A DNA stretch of 54,058 bases from a virus (Duplodnaviria > Caudoviricetes). Below, piece by piece: positions 34,159-45,600 of this stretch; the first letter of the stretch is position 1, and each line of letters starts with the position of its first letter. The stretch spans positions 1 to 54,058 of IMG/VR virus record IMGVR_UViG_3300031776_000001, one strand, 5' to 3'. Made by a program: the position numbers and the translations under genes. The notes beneath the pieces are model-generated. The model worked only from the letters and a program-made list of their open reading frames with translations, searched no databases and was not told the DNA's origin.

Positions 34159-35985
34159 TCAGGACTCCAGCTCGATGAGAGACACCACATAGCGCCCCTC
34201 GCGCCGCGGCCCCTGCACCTCGCTGGCCACGAGTTCCGTGATGAACACCCGCTTCTCGATGACCTCCCCCTCGTCATGGTAGCGGAAGGTTCCCGCCACT
34301 CGCGAGGTGGCAGCTGCCTCGAGGCGCCGGATCAGCTCATGGGCAGGCACTCCCACTGTCTCCCGGCAGAAGGGATCCGTCAGCTGGAGCGAGACCTCCC
34401 ACCCCCAGAGCAGGCGCGGTACCCGCAGATAGGTCAAGATGCAGGTCCGGAGCAGCGGTGCCACCATGGGATCCGTACCGCGGCGCATGGCGATGAGCAT
34501 GCGACAGGCGCGAAAGTGGTGCCCCTGGAGCCCTCCTATCCGGAACCGGTGCTTCCCAGTGGTGGTCACCGTACCCACATACTCCCAGTCGTCGCGATAG
34601 TCCCAGCCCACGTAGATGGCGACCTCGCACCCCTCTGGCACCACTGCATCGACATCGACACCGAGAGCCAGCTTGTCCAGCTCCGACCAGCCCATGTCCC
34701 ACCAGGAGGTGATCAAGGCGCCCTCCTCAGCGTAGCGTTGCGTGGGATTCTGGAGCGGGTTGTGAAGCCCCACCGGGAGGTCCACTGACCAGACACCCTG
34801 GGAGTCGGAGCCCCAGAGGCGATAGGTTCCATCCCCAGTGAGCGCGGCCACATCGCCCATCTCGGTGATACTGGTGCGTTGCGTCAAGAGATGGAAGGCG
34901 ATACCAGGGCTCATGAGCACCGCTCCCGTCACCGAGACACCAGGGAAGAGTGGGGTGTCGATGGGGAGCCCCGTCTCCATGACGGGTGCACTACTGGTCC
35001 GCTGCGCCACCGCGATGACGGCGAACCACAAACCATGCCCCGCCACCACTTGCTGCACCCTCCCAGACAGGTGCGCCGGGAGACCATCGTCTCTATCGGG
35101 GCCCACCACGGTGACGGCATTGGTGTTGTACTTGTAAATCGACAGCCCCACCGGTACATAGAGCTCACCACGCCAGACGGCAGCCCGCCCCACCTGATCC
35201 GTCTCGGGATAGAGGAGACCAGTGGGATAGAAGCGCTGGGCCGCAAAGTCATAGGCATAGAGACCATCGCGGGCCACGGCATGGAGCACCAGCTCACCCG
35301 CGGCATCGAAGTAGGGAATCAGCTGCCGCGCATAACCTGGGGGAGCCGGGAACCGTCCTGCCTCGTTCCACGAGGATCCATCCGTCGGATCCAGTGTCCA
35401 CCGCATCCGGTTCTGCAGATCCAGCCGGAACAGCTTGTCATCCCAGACGCCGAGTGCAAACCCACTGGCTCCCGTTACCGTGGTCCAGCTCCCCAGATCC
35501 GTATCGTAGATGGCCAGCCCCGTCGTGGTGAGGATGATGATCCTGCCGTCATAGATGGCGACATCGCTGAAGGCACCCGAGACCGCCCCCAGATTGCTCC
35601 AGGACTGGGTGTCCTCGTCCCAGCGGTACAGCGTCTCCGAAGCCACTGCATAGATCCGGTCCGCGAAACTGAAGAACCGTTGCACCACTGGCAACTCGCC
35701 GCGGCTCTCCACCAGGGGCGCCAGGGTGAGATAGCGATAGCGCCCATCCAGGCTCCCGAACCAGTAGCGGTCCAGGTGCCGCGTCGGATCTGCAAACAGC
35801 ACCCCGAGACCACCAGTGAAGTCGCTGACTACCCACTCCGATTCCACCACATGGTCACTGCGCCGGTAGTCTCCCGTCACCACCTTCTGGGGGAAGGGGG
35901 TGATGCCACGGCGCACCAGAGGACGTTGCGCCAGTGGGTAATGGACGCCGTAGAGGGAGATCACACCCTCGCGGGTTTGGTTCAT
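34159..35985 (-). CDS. Probable podoviral tail nozzle (T7 gp12/P22 gp10-like)
   Basis: 608 aa with beta-propeller-like W/Y/G pattern; between adaptor candidate and fibres. Confidence 0.6.
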   Translation of the reverse strand: MNQTREGVISLYGVHYPLAQRPLVRRGITPFPQKVVTGDYRRSDHVVESEWVVSDFTGGLGVLFADPTRHLDRYWFGSLDGRYRYLTLAPLVESRGELPVVQRFFSFADRIYAVASETLYRWDEDTQSWSNLGAVSGAFSDVAIYDGRIIILTTTGLAIYDTDLGSWTTVTGASGFALGVWDDKLFRLDLQNRMRWTLDPTDGSSWNEAGRFPAPPGYARQLIPYFDAAGELVLHAVARDGLYAYDFAAQRFYPTGLLYPETDQVGRAAVWRGELYVPVGLSIYKYNTNAVTVVGPDRDDGLPAHLSGRVQQVVAGHGLWFAVIAVAQRTSSAPVMETGLPIDTPLFPGVSVTGAVLMSPGIAFHLLTQRTSITEMGDVAALTGDGTYRLWGSDSQGVWSVDLPVGLHNPLQNPTQRYAEEGALITSWWDMGWSELDKLALGVDVDAVVPEGCEVAIYVGWDYRDDWEYVGTVTTTGKHRFRIGGLQGHHFRACRMLIAMRRGTDPMVAPLLRTCILTYLRVPRLLWGWEVSLQLTDPFCRETVGVPAHELIRRLEAAATSRVAGTFRYHDEGEVIEKRVFITELVASEVQGPRREGRYVVSLIELES

Positions 35986-36003
35986 CGCTCCCTCCTCTCC
36001 TGC

Positions 36004-37035
36004 TCACGGCAGCACCGCCACCGCCCCATGAGGCACCCGGCCCACCAGGCGATGGAGCGCTCCATCGGCTACCTGCAGCGCCACCATGAGACGGCGCAAG
36101 TGCTCCTCGACGTCGATGCCTGGCCCCGCGCTCCGCGCTGCATGCAAGAAGACCGACGCCAGGTTGACCAGCGACAGCGGCTCCACCGGGAGCTGCGAGT
36201 GCGGTTGCACCGGAACCGTCAGTGGCCCGAGACCCCTCAAGAGCACTTCGGTGAGGTCAGCGGGCACCAGGAGGCGCCTGCCCAGCGCTGGTGCCCAGGC
36301 CTCGTCAGGGAGCACTCCTCCCTCCACATGCACCTCGTAGACGTGAGTGAAGCCCACTGGGATCCGCACCTCCCCACGCGCTGCCCCTGGTGCCGTCGTC
36401 ACCGAGAGTCCAGGAGCATCCAGGCGCACCCGTGCCAGGTTGCTGTACTCAGCTACCGCAGAGCGGATGGCCCGCAGCACCTCAGCGGGAGCGAGTTCCA
36501 GGAGCAGATAGCGTGTGCCGGGCAAGAGGGGAGACGGGAAGCTACTGACCAGCCGCAGCTCTCCACCTCGCGAGGAGGCCACCACGCGGCTCACGAGACC
36601 ATTGGCCAGGTCATCCTCCGGGTGGATCACCACATGGTGCTGCACCCAGGTGTCCTGACCACCCGGCAAAGTTTCATCGACGATGACGGTTCCATCAGAC
36701 GAGACGGCATGGATCTCCCCCTCGATCACCGGGGCCTGGTGCGCCGCCACTTGGGCCAGGAGGTCATAGAGGGAGAGCATCGGCACCGGCGTCGGGTTGC
36801 CGATGAAGGCTGGGATCACCCGCTGGATGGAACCGCGCTGGAAGGTGACCTCCCAGAGCCCTGGCACCGTGACGCGACTCCCTGGCACCCTCACCGCAAA
36901 GCGGTTCCCCCCGAGGGCAGTGGCTGACAACCCTGTCACCGCCTCGCCGAGGGAGTCGCGTACTGCCACGGTTACGCTGCCAGTGCCTGGCAGGTCGGCC
37001 ACCACGGTGAGCTCAGCGCCAATCACTCCCTCCAT
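36004..37035 (-). CDS. Probable head-tail adaptor
   Basis: 343 aa; position between capsid and nozzle genes. Confidence 0.5.
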   Translation of the reverse strand: MEGVIGAELTVVADLPGTGSVTVAVRDSLGEAVTGLSATALGGNRFAVRVPGSRVTVPGLWEVTFQRGSIQRVIPAFIGNPTPVPMLSLYDLLAQVAAHQAPVIEGEIHAVSSDGTVIVDETLPGGQDTWVQHHVVIHPEDDLANGLVSRVVASSRGGELRLVSSFPSPLLPGTRYLLLELAPAEVLRAIRSAVAEYSNLARVRLDAPGLSVTTAPGAARGEVRIPVGFTHVYEVHVEGGVLPDEAWAPALGRRLLVPADLTEVLLRGLGPLTVPVQPHSQLPVEPLSLVNLASVFLHAARSAGPGIDVEEHLRRLMVALQVADGALHRLVGRVPHGAVAVLP

Positions 37036-37051
37036 GACCTCTCCCCCTCCG

Positions 37052-37549
37052 TCAGCTTCCCTTCTTGCGCGTCTCCGGCGGCGGCGTCTCGGCAGGCTCC
37101 TCAGTCTCCACGATATGCGTCAGGTAGTCATCCAAGAAGCAGATCTGCGACTCGTCGTAGAGAGCCCGGATCTCTGGCTTCAAGGTGGTCCACTGGAGAC
37201 GGGTGAACCCTGTGGCCTGGTCTCTCCCGCGGTAGAGCCCTCGCTCCCCGAAGTTGTAGAGGAGGTCGATGGCCACACTGCGCGGCACACGACGCCCCTC
37301 TGGTCCAAAGGTCCACTCCCGCCCCTGGTAGCGGACCACCATCGGCTTGCCAGAGGCCGGGGCAATGCGCACCCGCCCATCCCCCAGGTGATCCGCGTCT
37401 ACCCAGGCACGCAAGAGCTGAGTCCGCTCCGGCTCCTCGGTGCGGAACAGGATGTCATCCAGCCGAAGCCCTGCCACCTGGGTGGGATCCGGCACCGTCA
37501 CACCCTGCGCAATCAGAACCGGCGCCTGCTCCTGTATCCGGATGCTCAT
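37052..37549 (-). CDS. Hypothetical structural-region protein (165 aa)
   Basis: AAGGAGG RBS; ATGA overlap. Confidence 0.7.
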   Translation of the reverse strand: MSIRIQEQAPVLIAQGVTVPDPTQVAGLRLDDILFRTEEPERTQLLRAWVDADHLGDGRVRIAPASGKPMVVRYQGREWTFGPEGRRVPRSVAIDLLYNFGERGLYRGRDQATGFTRLQWTTLKPEIRALYDESQICFLDDYLTHIVETEEPAETPPPETRKKGS

Positions 37550-37848
37550 GTTCCCTCCTTGGCCACGCTGCACAACTCTCGCAGATCCTCGGCGCTGACG
37601 AGGTCAGGATCCTGCGTCGGAGCTATCTGGCAGGGCAGATACTCCGGATCATCGTGGATCCCCTGCCAGTAGACAGGATCCGTCGGGGAGGCCGAGTAGT
37701 TGGGGGGCCGCATCACGATGACGGGGCTGGTGAAGACACGTTGGGCCAGCTTCCCGCACACACAGTGCTGCGGCTGCCCCGCCTCTGCCATGGGAAGCTT
37801 CACGAGGTACCGCAACCCACCCTGGCAACGGAAGACATACCACGGCAT
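37546..37848 (-). CDS. FmdB-like Zn-ribbon protein (100 aa)
   Basis: MPWYVFRC...HCVCG..AQRVFTSP; GGAGG RBS. Confidence 0.7.
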   Translation of the reverse strand: MPWYVFRCQGGLRYLVKLPMAEAGQPQHCVCGKLAQRVFTSPVIVMRPPNYSASPTDPVYWQGIHDDPEYLPCQIAPTQDPDLVSAEDLRELCSVAKEGT

Positions 37849-37870
37849 GGTCACCCTCCATGGGAATGGA

Positions 37871-37895
37871 GGGGGAGGGATCAACTCCCTCCCCC
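37871..37895 (-). terminator. Hairpin after the capsid gene
   Basis: 10-bp stem GGGGGAGGGA/TCCCTCCCCC just past the MCP stop; weak U tract. Confidence 0.5.
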
Positions 37896-37903
37896 GCTCA
37901 CCA

Positions 37904-38866
37904 TTACGTGGTCTGCAGGTCACGAATGGCACCCTGCCGCCCCGGGTGACGGCAGATCAGGTTGGCGTAGGTCTTGATCACATACTCTTCCCGGTCCGTG
38001 TTCACCGGCACCTGATCTGTCTCGAAGGGCAGGAGCACCTCGTAGCTCCAGTCACGCTTGTCGATCCAGAACATGGCACCTGCCGCCATGCGCGGCACCA
38101 CCATGACGGGGATCGAGTCGTACTCCAGGGCCTCGAAGCCGCCGTCAGCCTTGGTGACATTGACCCAGCGGCGCCGCTCCTCCAAGAGGTTGCCGTACTG
38201 GTCGAAGTGGACGCGGCTGGTCAGGATGAAGGAGATCTCAGCCTCCCGCTCCGGTACCTCGAGTTGAGCCCGCATCTGCTGGAAGAGCCCCATGGTGAGA
38301 GGACGCGCCGTGCCACCATTGGCCAGCACCACGCTCCGCCACCAGGTAGCGGTGCTCCGGTTGATGGTGGCATACACCCCAGTGTCGCGGATGATGTCCC
38401 CCAAGGAGTCCATCTCGACGCGGGCATACTCGTCGGCGACGGTGTTGGGGTTGATGTTCAAGAGGTGCCCATCGATCCGGTACAGGAGGTCCAGCGAGGC
38501 TCGGCGGGCCTCCTCAGCCAGGACGCGCACCAGGGCTGCTTCATCCGACTTGGTCGCCGCGATGGCCAGACCAGATGCACCATAGGTGATGCGGGCCATC
38601 TTGTAGGGCTTGCGTGCCCTCTCGTATGCCTGCTTGCCAGCCTCGGCGATGACGTCATCTTCACGGTAGAAGACAGCACTGTTGTTCCGGTCATAGTGGA
38701 CGATCCACTGGGCCTCATGACCAGTGCCAGCCTTGGTCCCGAACAGCTTGACCAGTGTCACCTTTTCACCGAGAGCCCGCACAAACGGCTTCTCGAAGTG
38801 CTCCCGGAAGATCCGCGCCAGATCAGTCAGTGCACCTGCACTGGTATAGACTCGCGGACTCGCCAT
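37904..38866 (-). CDS. Major capsid protein
   Basis: 320 aa following the scaffold; YATINRSTATWW, GFEALEYDSIPV and YANLICRHPGRQG..DL are typical HK97-fold MCP patterns. Confidence 0.82.
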   Translation of the reverse strand: MASPRVYTSAGALTDLARIFREHFEKPFVRALGEKVTLVKLFGTKAGTGHEAQWIVHYDRNNSAVFYREDDVIAEAGKQAYERARKPYKMARITYGASGLAIAATKSDEAALVRVLAEEARRASLDLLYRIDGHLLNINPNTVADEYARVEMDSLGDIIRDTGVYATINRSTATWWRSVVLANGGTARPLTMGLFQQMRAQLEVPEREAEISFILTSRVHFDQYGNLLEERRRWVNVTKADGGFEALEYDSIPVMVVPRMAAGAMFWIDKRDWSYEVLLPFETDQVPVNTDREEYVIKTYANLICRHPGRQGAIRDLQTT

Positions 38867-38899
38867 CGTTTCCCTCCCATTGCATCATCGCTTGCGTCA

Positions 38900-39577
38900 T
38901 CAGCGTCCCTGGAGCGACCTCACGATGGCTTCCACCGCCTCGTCGAAGGTCTCCGCTGGGCGCGGAGCTGCACCACCAGCTGCCCCTTCGAACTTGTCAG
39001 CTTGGGTGGCCCGGCGCTGGCTCTTGGCAGCTTGTCGCCGGATCTGCGCCAACTCGCGAGCCACCATCTCCATCGCGTAGGGATCATTGATCTGGTAGAG
39101 GCGCTCTGCGGGAACGCCGTAGCGCTGCGACAAGGTCATGACAACCAAGTGTTTGGCCAGTTCTTGCAGCTGCTGCTCCGCATAGGAGAGCTGCGCAGCC
39201 TTCTGTTGCATAGCCATATCAGCATAGAGCTGCTGCGCCACCTGAGGACGCTCCTCCTCCGGGATCTGCTGCAGCTGCTGCTGCAGGATCATCTGCTGGA
39301 GCTGTGCCTCGAGGCGGGCCTTTTCGAGTTCCAGGGCGCGGCGGGCCTCCACTTCACGCTGGACACGCGCCTGCAGCCCCTTGAAGCGTCGTTCCCACTC
39401 CTCAGCCCGGCGCCGGTACACCTCAGGATCGGCTGCCTCCTCTCCCCGGGCAGCTGCCAGATCCTCAGCAGTATCAGCGCTCCCCGTTCCAGCGAGACCC
39501 TCGTCCTCGAGGGGAAGCTCCTGGCTTTCCTCGGGTTCGGGGGCTCCGGTGACGGTGGGGAACTCGAGCTCTTGCAT
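38900..39577 (-). CDS. Capsid scaffolding protein
   Basis: Acidic N-terminus, WERRFKGLQ coiled coil, C-terminal TFDEAV; directly upstream of MCP. Confidence 0.72.
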   Translation of the reverse strand: MQELEFPTVTGAPEPEESQELPLEDEGLAGTGSADTAEDLAAARGEEAADPEVYRRRAEEWERRFKGLQARVQREVEARRALELEKARLEAQLQQMILQQQLQQIPEEERPQVAQQLYADMAMQQKAAQLSYAEQQLQELAKHLVVMTLSQRYGVPAERLYQINDPYAMEMVARELAQIRRQAAKSQRRATQADKFEGAAGGAAPRPAETFDEAVEAIVRSLQGR

Positions 39578-39617
39578 GGTCTACCTCCTCGTGTCATCCC
39601 TGTTCAGGGTGGTGAGC

Positions 39618-39642
39618 GGGAGGGAGGTGGGGCCTCCCTCCC
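39618..39642 (-). terminator. Hairpin between the giant virion gene and the scaffold gene
   Basis: 10-bp stem GGGAGGGAGG/CCTCCCTCCC. Confidence 0.4.
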
Positions 39643-39653
39643 CCTACCACCTC

Positions 39654-42600
39654 TTACCGCTGTGTCGCTTGCCAGTAGGCCTGCGGAGTGCGTGGTACCC
39701 CGCGAGGCTGCTTCTGCACCCACTCGAAGTAGCGGCGGAGCTCCGGATCCTGCTGGATCAGCTCCTCCTGCTTGCCCGGCGGCAGGAACAAGAGCGCTTG
39801 CACCTTGGCCACCAGGTTCTCCGGCCCCGGCTTCCAGGAGAGCGGGACGTAGGCAGCACCGATCCAGCCCTGCTTGGCCAGCTGGCTCATGGTGCCGCGG
39901 GGGAGCTCACTGGAGGCGGGTAGCTGAGCCCTGGCCTCGCGGATCTGCCGCTCCGTCTCAGGGAGGAACTTCACCGGTACCGGGAGCGTCATGCCCACCA
40001 CCTCCTGCGCCAAGAGCTGGCGCCGGACATCTTGCCAGGCGCGCTGGAAGATGGGGCTCTCGGGATCATTGAGCGCCTTGACATACTCTGGATCCGCTGC
40101 CCTCCCGGTCTCCTCCACCGACAGCTCCAGGATCCGCTTCTTCACCAGGTAGTCGGTGTAGCCAGATCCGGTGAGCGTCTCAGGCTGGCCACGGATCCGC
40201 CGGATCCCCTCGCGGAACGGCTGCTCCACATCCAGGCCCGTCGCCTGCGCCAGGAGACCAGAATGGCGCAGCACCCGCATCGGCTCCCAGTCCTCACCCA
40301 GCACTCCCGCCACTCCCAGCGGGATCTCAGCCCAGGGAGCCAGGCCCAACCCTACCCGCGAGGCCTGGACCTGGAGCCGCGCCAGGAGCGGGGCGTCATC
40401 TGGGATGTAGCGGTACTTGAGCTGGTCAGCGATGGAGAGCGCCACTATCGGGTTGGCATAGGCAGTGCCGGGGCCGAAGAGCCAGCCCAGGAAGGGGACC
40501 GGCATGGTATCGATGAAGCGCCGCGGCAAGCCCAGCCGCTCCCGCTCATCCTCAGCGATCTGGTGGTAGCTCTCCCAGGCCCGCAGGAGCCAGGGATGCT
40601 GCCCCAGCGTCTCGAGGTAGAAGGGGATGTTCCTGGTCGCCCAGAAGTGGAAGGGTGCCCAGGCCCGGATACCCAACCACCTCTCGATGTTCTTCTCGTC
40701 GCCGTAGTCGAAGAAGAGGCGACGGGCTAGCTCTTCACCGCGCCGCGAGGCCTCCACCTGCACCCGGCTCCAGGCGGCGGAGAGTTCCGCGGCCTGCTCT
40801 GGGGTGCCACCCACCCGGCGCACTGCCTCTTCCAGCTGCTGCACCGAGAAGACCACCCCGCGCTCCGTGGCATCCAGCATCCGGATGAGCCGGTTACCAT
40901 TGCGAGTCCCCAGTACCTGGCGCACCAGCCCATCGAAGGCAGGTCTGGCCTCCCGCAGCTGGCGCAGCGTCTCGGTGATCCAGGCCCCGCTCCGGAAACT
41001 GGATTCCACTGCCTGGCCCACCCGGCGGTTGAACTGCACCAGCTTCTCGGCACCAGCCCCCAGGCGGCGCGAGAGTCGCGAGAGGAGTGTCCCCAGCGCG
41101 GTCTCGGCCTGTGGAGAGGCAAACTCCTCCCACACCGTCGTCTGGGGCCTCCAGAGCACCGACTCCGGAATCGGGATGCCCAGGCGCTCCGCGAGGGTGA
41201 AGGCACTGCGTCCTATCACAGGGTTGACGCCATAGAGCACCGCCTTCACCGTCGAGTCCAGGATGTTCTGGAGGTGATAGCGTGGCGTCAGGAGTGCCTG
41301 CTCCCGCCAGGCCCGCAGCGGCAGTGCCTGGGCCAGGCGGCTGAGAGCCCGCACCGCTACTGGATCCTTCTCCACCCCCAGGCGCTTGGCCATCTCGTCA
41401 GCATAGGCCTCGACGAGTGCCTCCCGCCGCGTCTCTGTCACAGTCTTCCCCAGCACTGCCTCCGCCGCCTCGTCAGGATCCAGGCCGATGAGCTGGAGGA
41501 AGTTGTCGATGACGCGGCGCTGGTTCTCGTCGGCAAAGCGCCTAGCCTCCACCACGTCGCGGATGGTGGCTGTGGGAGCTAAGAGATCCGGTGCCAGTGG
41601 CTCCCGCTCCACCAGGTGCTGGCTGATCTCGCGGAGCGCCTGCCGCGCCGCTTGGAAGCTCTCCTCGAGCTGCTGCACCCGCGGCAGTGCCCCCGCCTCG
41701 CGGAGCACCCGCACCATCTGATCCGGCAGGACACTTCCATACCAGCTCCGCGCTAGCTCCCCTTGCACCTGACCACGCAGGCGCCGAGTGCGTGGGAGCA
41801 GGCGGTCCACCAGGCGCTGGGCTACCGGGAAGCGGACTCCGAAGGCAGCCCAGGTATCCCCGACCTCGCGGAGGAGGGCTGCCGCGTGGTTGCGCAGCTC
41901 CTGTGGGGAGCTGGCCCGCAGCGCTTGCACCACCCGTGGCCGCAAGTGCGGGAGCCACAATGAGACCGCTGCCAGCGGCTCATTCTCGTTGCCGAAGGTC
42001 CTGCCCAGGAGCTCGGCCAGCTGGTCCAGGTTCTGCTGCGGCAGCCGCTCCTCGGCAGCGATTTGCGAGAGCACCTCGCGGAGATCCTCCACTGCCAGAG
42101 GACGCATCGTCGGACCTGGCTTGCCGCGGGTGAGCCGGGCTGCCTCACCAGCAGCCTCCTCCACCACCTCCTGGGCGAGTTGGCCACCGAAGTGCGCCTG
42201 GACTACCAGACCGGCATCGGGCCCCAGGACCCCTGCCTTCTGGAGCAGCCACTCCAGGTGCCCGAGTTCTCGCTGGGAGAGGCTGCGCAGGCGCCCATCG
42301 GATCCCACACGCCCTAGGATCTGCTCCACCCCGGGAGCCCAGTCTTGCCCCGACAAGAGGTAGCGCACCGCCTTGTCGAAGAGTGCTCCCTTGAGACGCG
42401 GGTTGAAGTCGAGTGGACCCTTGCCCTGGTCATCGAAGAGGGGGCGACCCGCCACCTCGGGGTTGGGATCACCCGCCTCGAAAGCCAGGCGACGGCTCTT
42501 GCGGATCTCCCTCAGAGTCCGTCGGACCTCCTCCTCAGTGCGTGGACGGACCTCCTCCCAGAGCAGTGAGCGCTGCCCGGCACTCTCCAGATCCCTGGCG

Positions 42601-45600
42601 GCTGCCGTCTCCACTTGGCGCAGCTGCTCCGGGGTGGCGGGAACCAGCCTGCCAGGCTCCACCGCGAAGTCGCGTGGCCAGGTGCCGTCGTCCAGTCGCA
42701 CCGAGAACTTGACCACGCCCTCGGGTGTATCGACCTCGGTGAAGAAGAGGCGCTCCGGACCTTGAATGGAGACCTCTCCCGTCGCCTGGACCACGTGCCC
42801 GCGATGCGGACCACTGGTGTAGACCAGGCCCTTGCCGCCTACCAGCACTGACTCCTGCTCATACTTGGCCCCGAGTTCCAGGGCATCCCGTTCCCGCATA
42901 CCGGGAACCAGGAATGACTCCTCGACGATCCCCTCCTCCGAGTAGCGTCCTCGCACCGGAATCGGCTGGTAGCCACGGCTTTGGAGATCTGCCAGGAGCT
43001 CCTGGCGCCGTCGCACCAGCTCCTCCTCCGGGAGCCCCAGCTTGTCGGAGGTCAGGACCACGTAGTCGCCGCTCTCCAGGATCTCCCGCAGCCGCTTGGG
43101 TACCGGAGCAGCGGGCAGTGCCAGGTCCTGCAACAGTTCCCGCGCTACCTCAGGTGTCAGCGCCTCGCGGGGCAGCCCTCGCCGGTAGGCCACTTCAGCC
43201 ACGCGGCGGTAGTTCTCGAGAGCCTGGCGCAAGGGTTCTGGGACGTCACCAGTGGCCAGGAGCCTCTCGACACCGCGGGCAAAGGCTTCTTCAGCAGGAG
43301 CTGCCTCCTCGGCGAAGATCCCCGCCCCACGCGCCACGTAGCGCATGAGGTGGGCCAACTCATGCGGCAGCGTGGTGATGTCGGCACGCGGTGTGAGGTA
43401 GATCACTGGGCCACCCGGCCCGAGTTCCAGGTACCCCCGCACCCGGCGCAGCCCCTGGTAGAGCCGCGGATAGAGCACATCGATGATGGCGGCTGCCTCG
43501 TCGCTCCGCAGGATGCCGCGCTGGGCCACCTCGGAGAGCAACTCGCGGATCTGCGGATCCCGCTTGGCGATGTCGCTGGGCATCCAGAGGTCCCAGTCGG
43601 CCAAGATCTTGCGGATCCCGCTGGCATCACCCTGGAGCAGCGCCTGCACCACCTCACCAAGACCGCGCTTCACCCCCTCTCCCTCGATCCGGATGATCTG
43701 CCAGAGCCCGGCTTGCAGCGCCGCCAGGTTGGGATAGAGCCTAGACAGCTCCGGATCGCGCTGCACCCGCCGCCAGAGTTCCCGCAGGAGCACCCGCTCC
43801 GCCACTGCCCTGGCCGGTCCCGCTGCCTTCTCAGCCTGGGCCACCGCCTCCTGGTAGGGGATTCCTGAGAGCAGAGCTATATCGCGGCGGATCCAGCGGT
43901 CCAGTGCAGCGCCATTGACCTCCCGCTCAGCCCGCTTGATGTACTGGAGCACCTGCTCCTCCGGTACCCCAGCTGCCCGCATGGCCACTGCCTGGTCGAA
44001 GATGTCAGCGTAGCGGTCCACCACGTAGGTGTAGTTCATCAGCTTGTCGAGGTAGGGTGACGGCTGCCCCGGCTTGGGCACCAGGCGCCCCAGATCCGGT
44101 ACCCGCCTCCAGAGTGGCTCGGCCAAGTTGGTCACATCGGCGAAGGCGCTATCCGGCAAGAGGCCAGGGTATCCCAAGAGCAGGAAGCGCCGGAACTCGT
44201 CGAATCCCGCCAGCAACATCCCTGAGGGATGGCGCCCCTCGGCCAGCTGTCGCGTCCATCCTGCCACGGCACGGAGGTTCAGGAGCGGGTTGGCTCCCTT
44301 GCCACCCGCCGCCCAGGCCGCCAGGGCAAAGTCGCGGATATCCCGGTTCTCGAGGCGATGCCGCACCAGCTTGGCCGCCTCTTCAGGCACCAGGTACCCT
44401 GCCTCGTCCACCCTGGTGAGGTCGATGCCCAGCCGCCGCGCCAGGGTGGGATCCACCCGGTCTACCCTGGTCAGCCCCAGCGTCCTGGCAGTGTCCAGGA
44501 GCGGGTTCACCGGCTGCTCAGGGATGACGAACTTGGTCACCCCCGTCAGGCGACTCACAGAGCGCTCCCGCGGTGGGCGATAGGGTACCTCCCCGATACG
44601 GCTCATCGCCTCGCGGAACAGTGGCTCCGGTATCGCCTCGGTGGGGCGGAAGCGGTACCCCATCTCCTTGAGGGTCTCGTTCAGGCGCTTGGCCTCCGCC
44701 TCGGAGAGGTAGACAGCGCGCTGATAGGCTGGATCCACGTTGCGGGGATCCACCAGCCGCTGGATGGCCTCCTCCGGGAGTCCCTGCCCACGGGGGAAGA
44801 GCCGCGAGAACCAGGCACCGGCATCCCGATACCAGGCTCCCGCCTCTTTGGCCATCGGCTCTCCCATGGCCTGGGAACCGGCCCGCAGCCGCCGCTGCCA
44901 GCGCTCCACCGCATCCGGTGGGTGGCTGAGAAACTTCAGCGCCGAGGCCACCAGTTCCTCGTCGGGGCTCTCCGGTACATAGCGTGGATCCTCCAGCATC
45001 TTGCGGGTGACCTCTTCCACGGTTTGGAAGAGCTTGCTGGCCCCACCGGGGTCGTCCTCGAAGGAGGCGCGGATCCGCATCATCCCATAGACCTCGTCGA
45101 GGTCGCGGAAGCGCCCCGGGTTCTGGGCATAGGTAGCCACGGCTACCGCGTCGAGGATCCGGTGCAGCGTCTGGCGGGTGGGTGCTGGGAACTCCCGCGT
45201 CAGCAAGGCATCGTCCAGCTCCAGGTGGACGCGCATTCTTTCGGAGGGGCGCACCAGGATCCGGTTCCCCTCGCGGACCTCCTGAAGGAGACCGCGCTCC
45301 AGGAGCTCCCGTTTCACCTCGATGAGCGGCTCGCGGGCCTCAGGGCGCAAGGGTGCCTCCCGCGAGAGCGCATCCCAGGCCCGCGTCAGGCTCACACTGT
45401 CCACCCCGCGGATGACGTCACGTACCTGCTCCCGCGGTTGCCCGATGAGCAAGTCTGCCCACCCCTGGCGCGCCAGTCGCACTACTTCTCCCTCGGGAGC
45501 CAGAGGGTTCTCGACACCGCGGCTCTCCGCCTCCTCCAGGGCGCGGCGGAAGAGTTGGACGTTCTGGCGGAGCTCCGCCTGCGGCGACTTCTGGAAGAGT

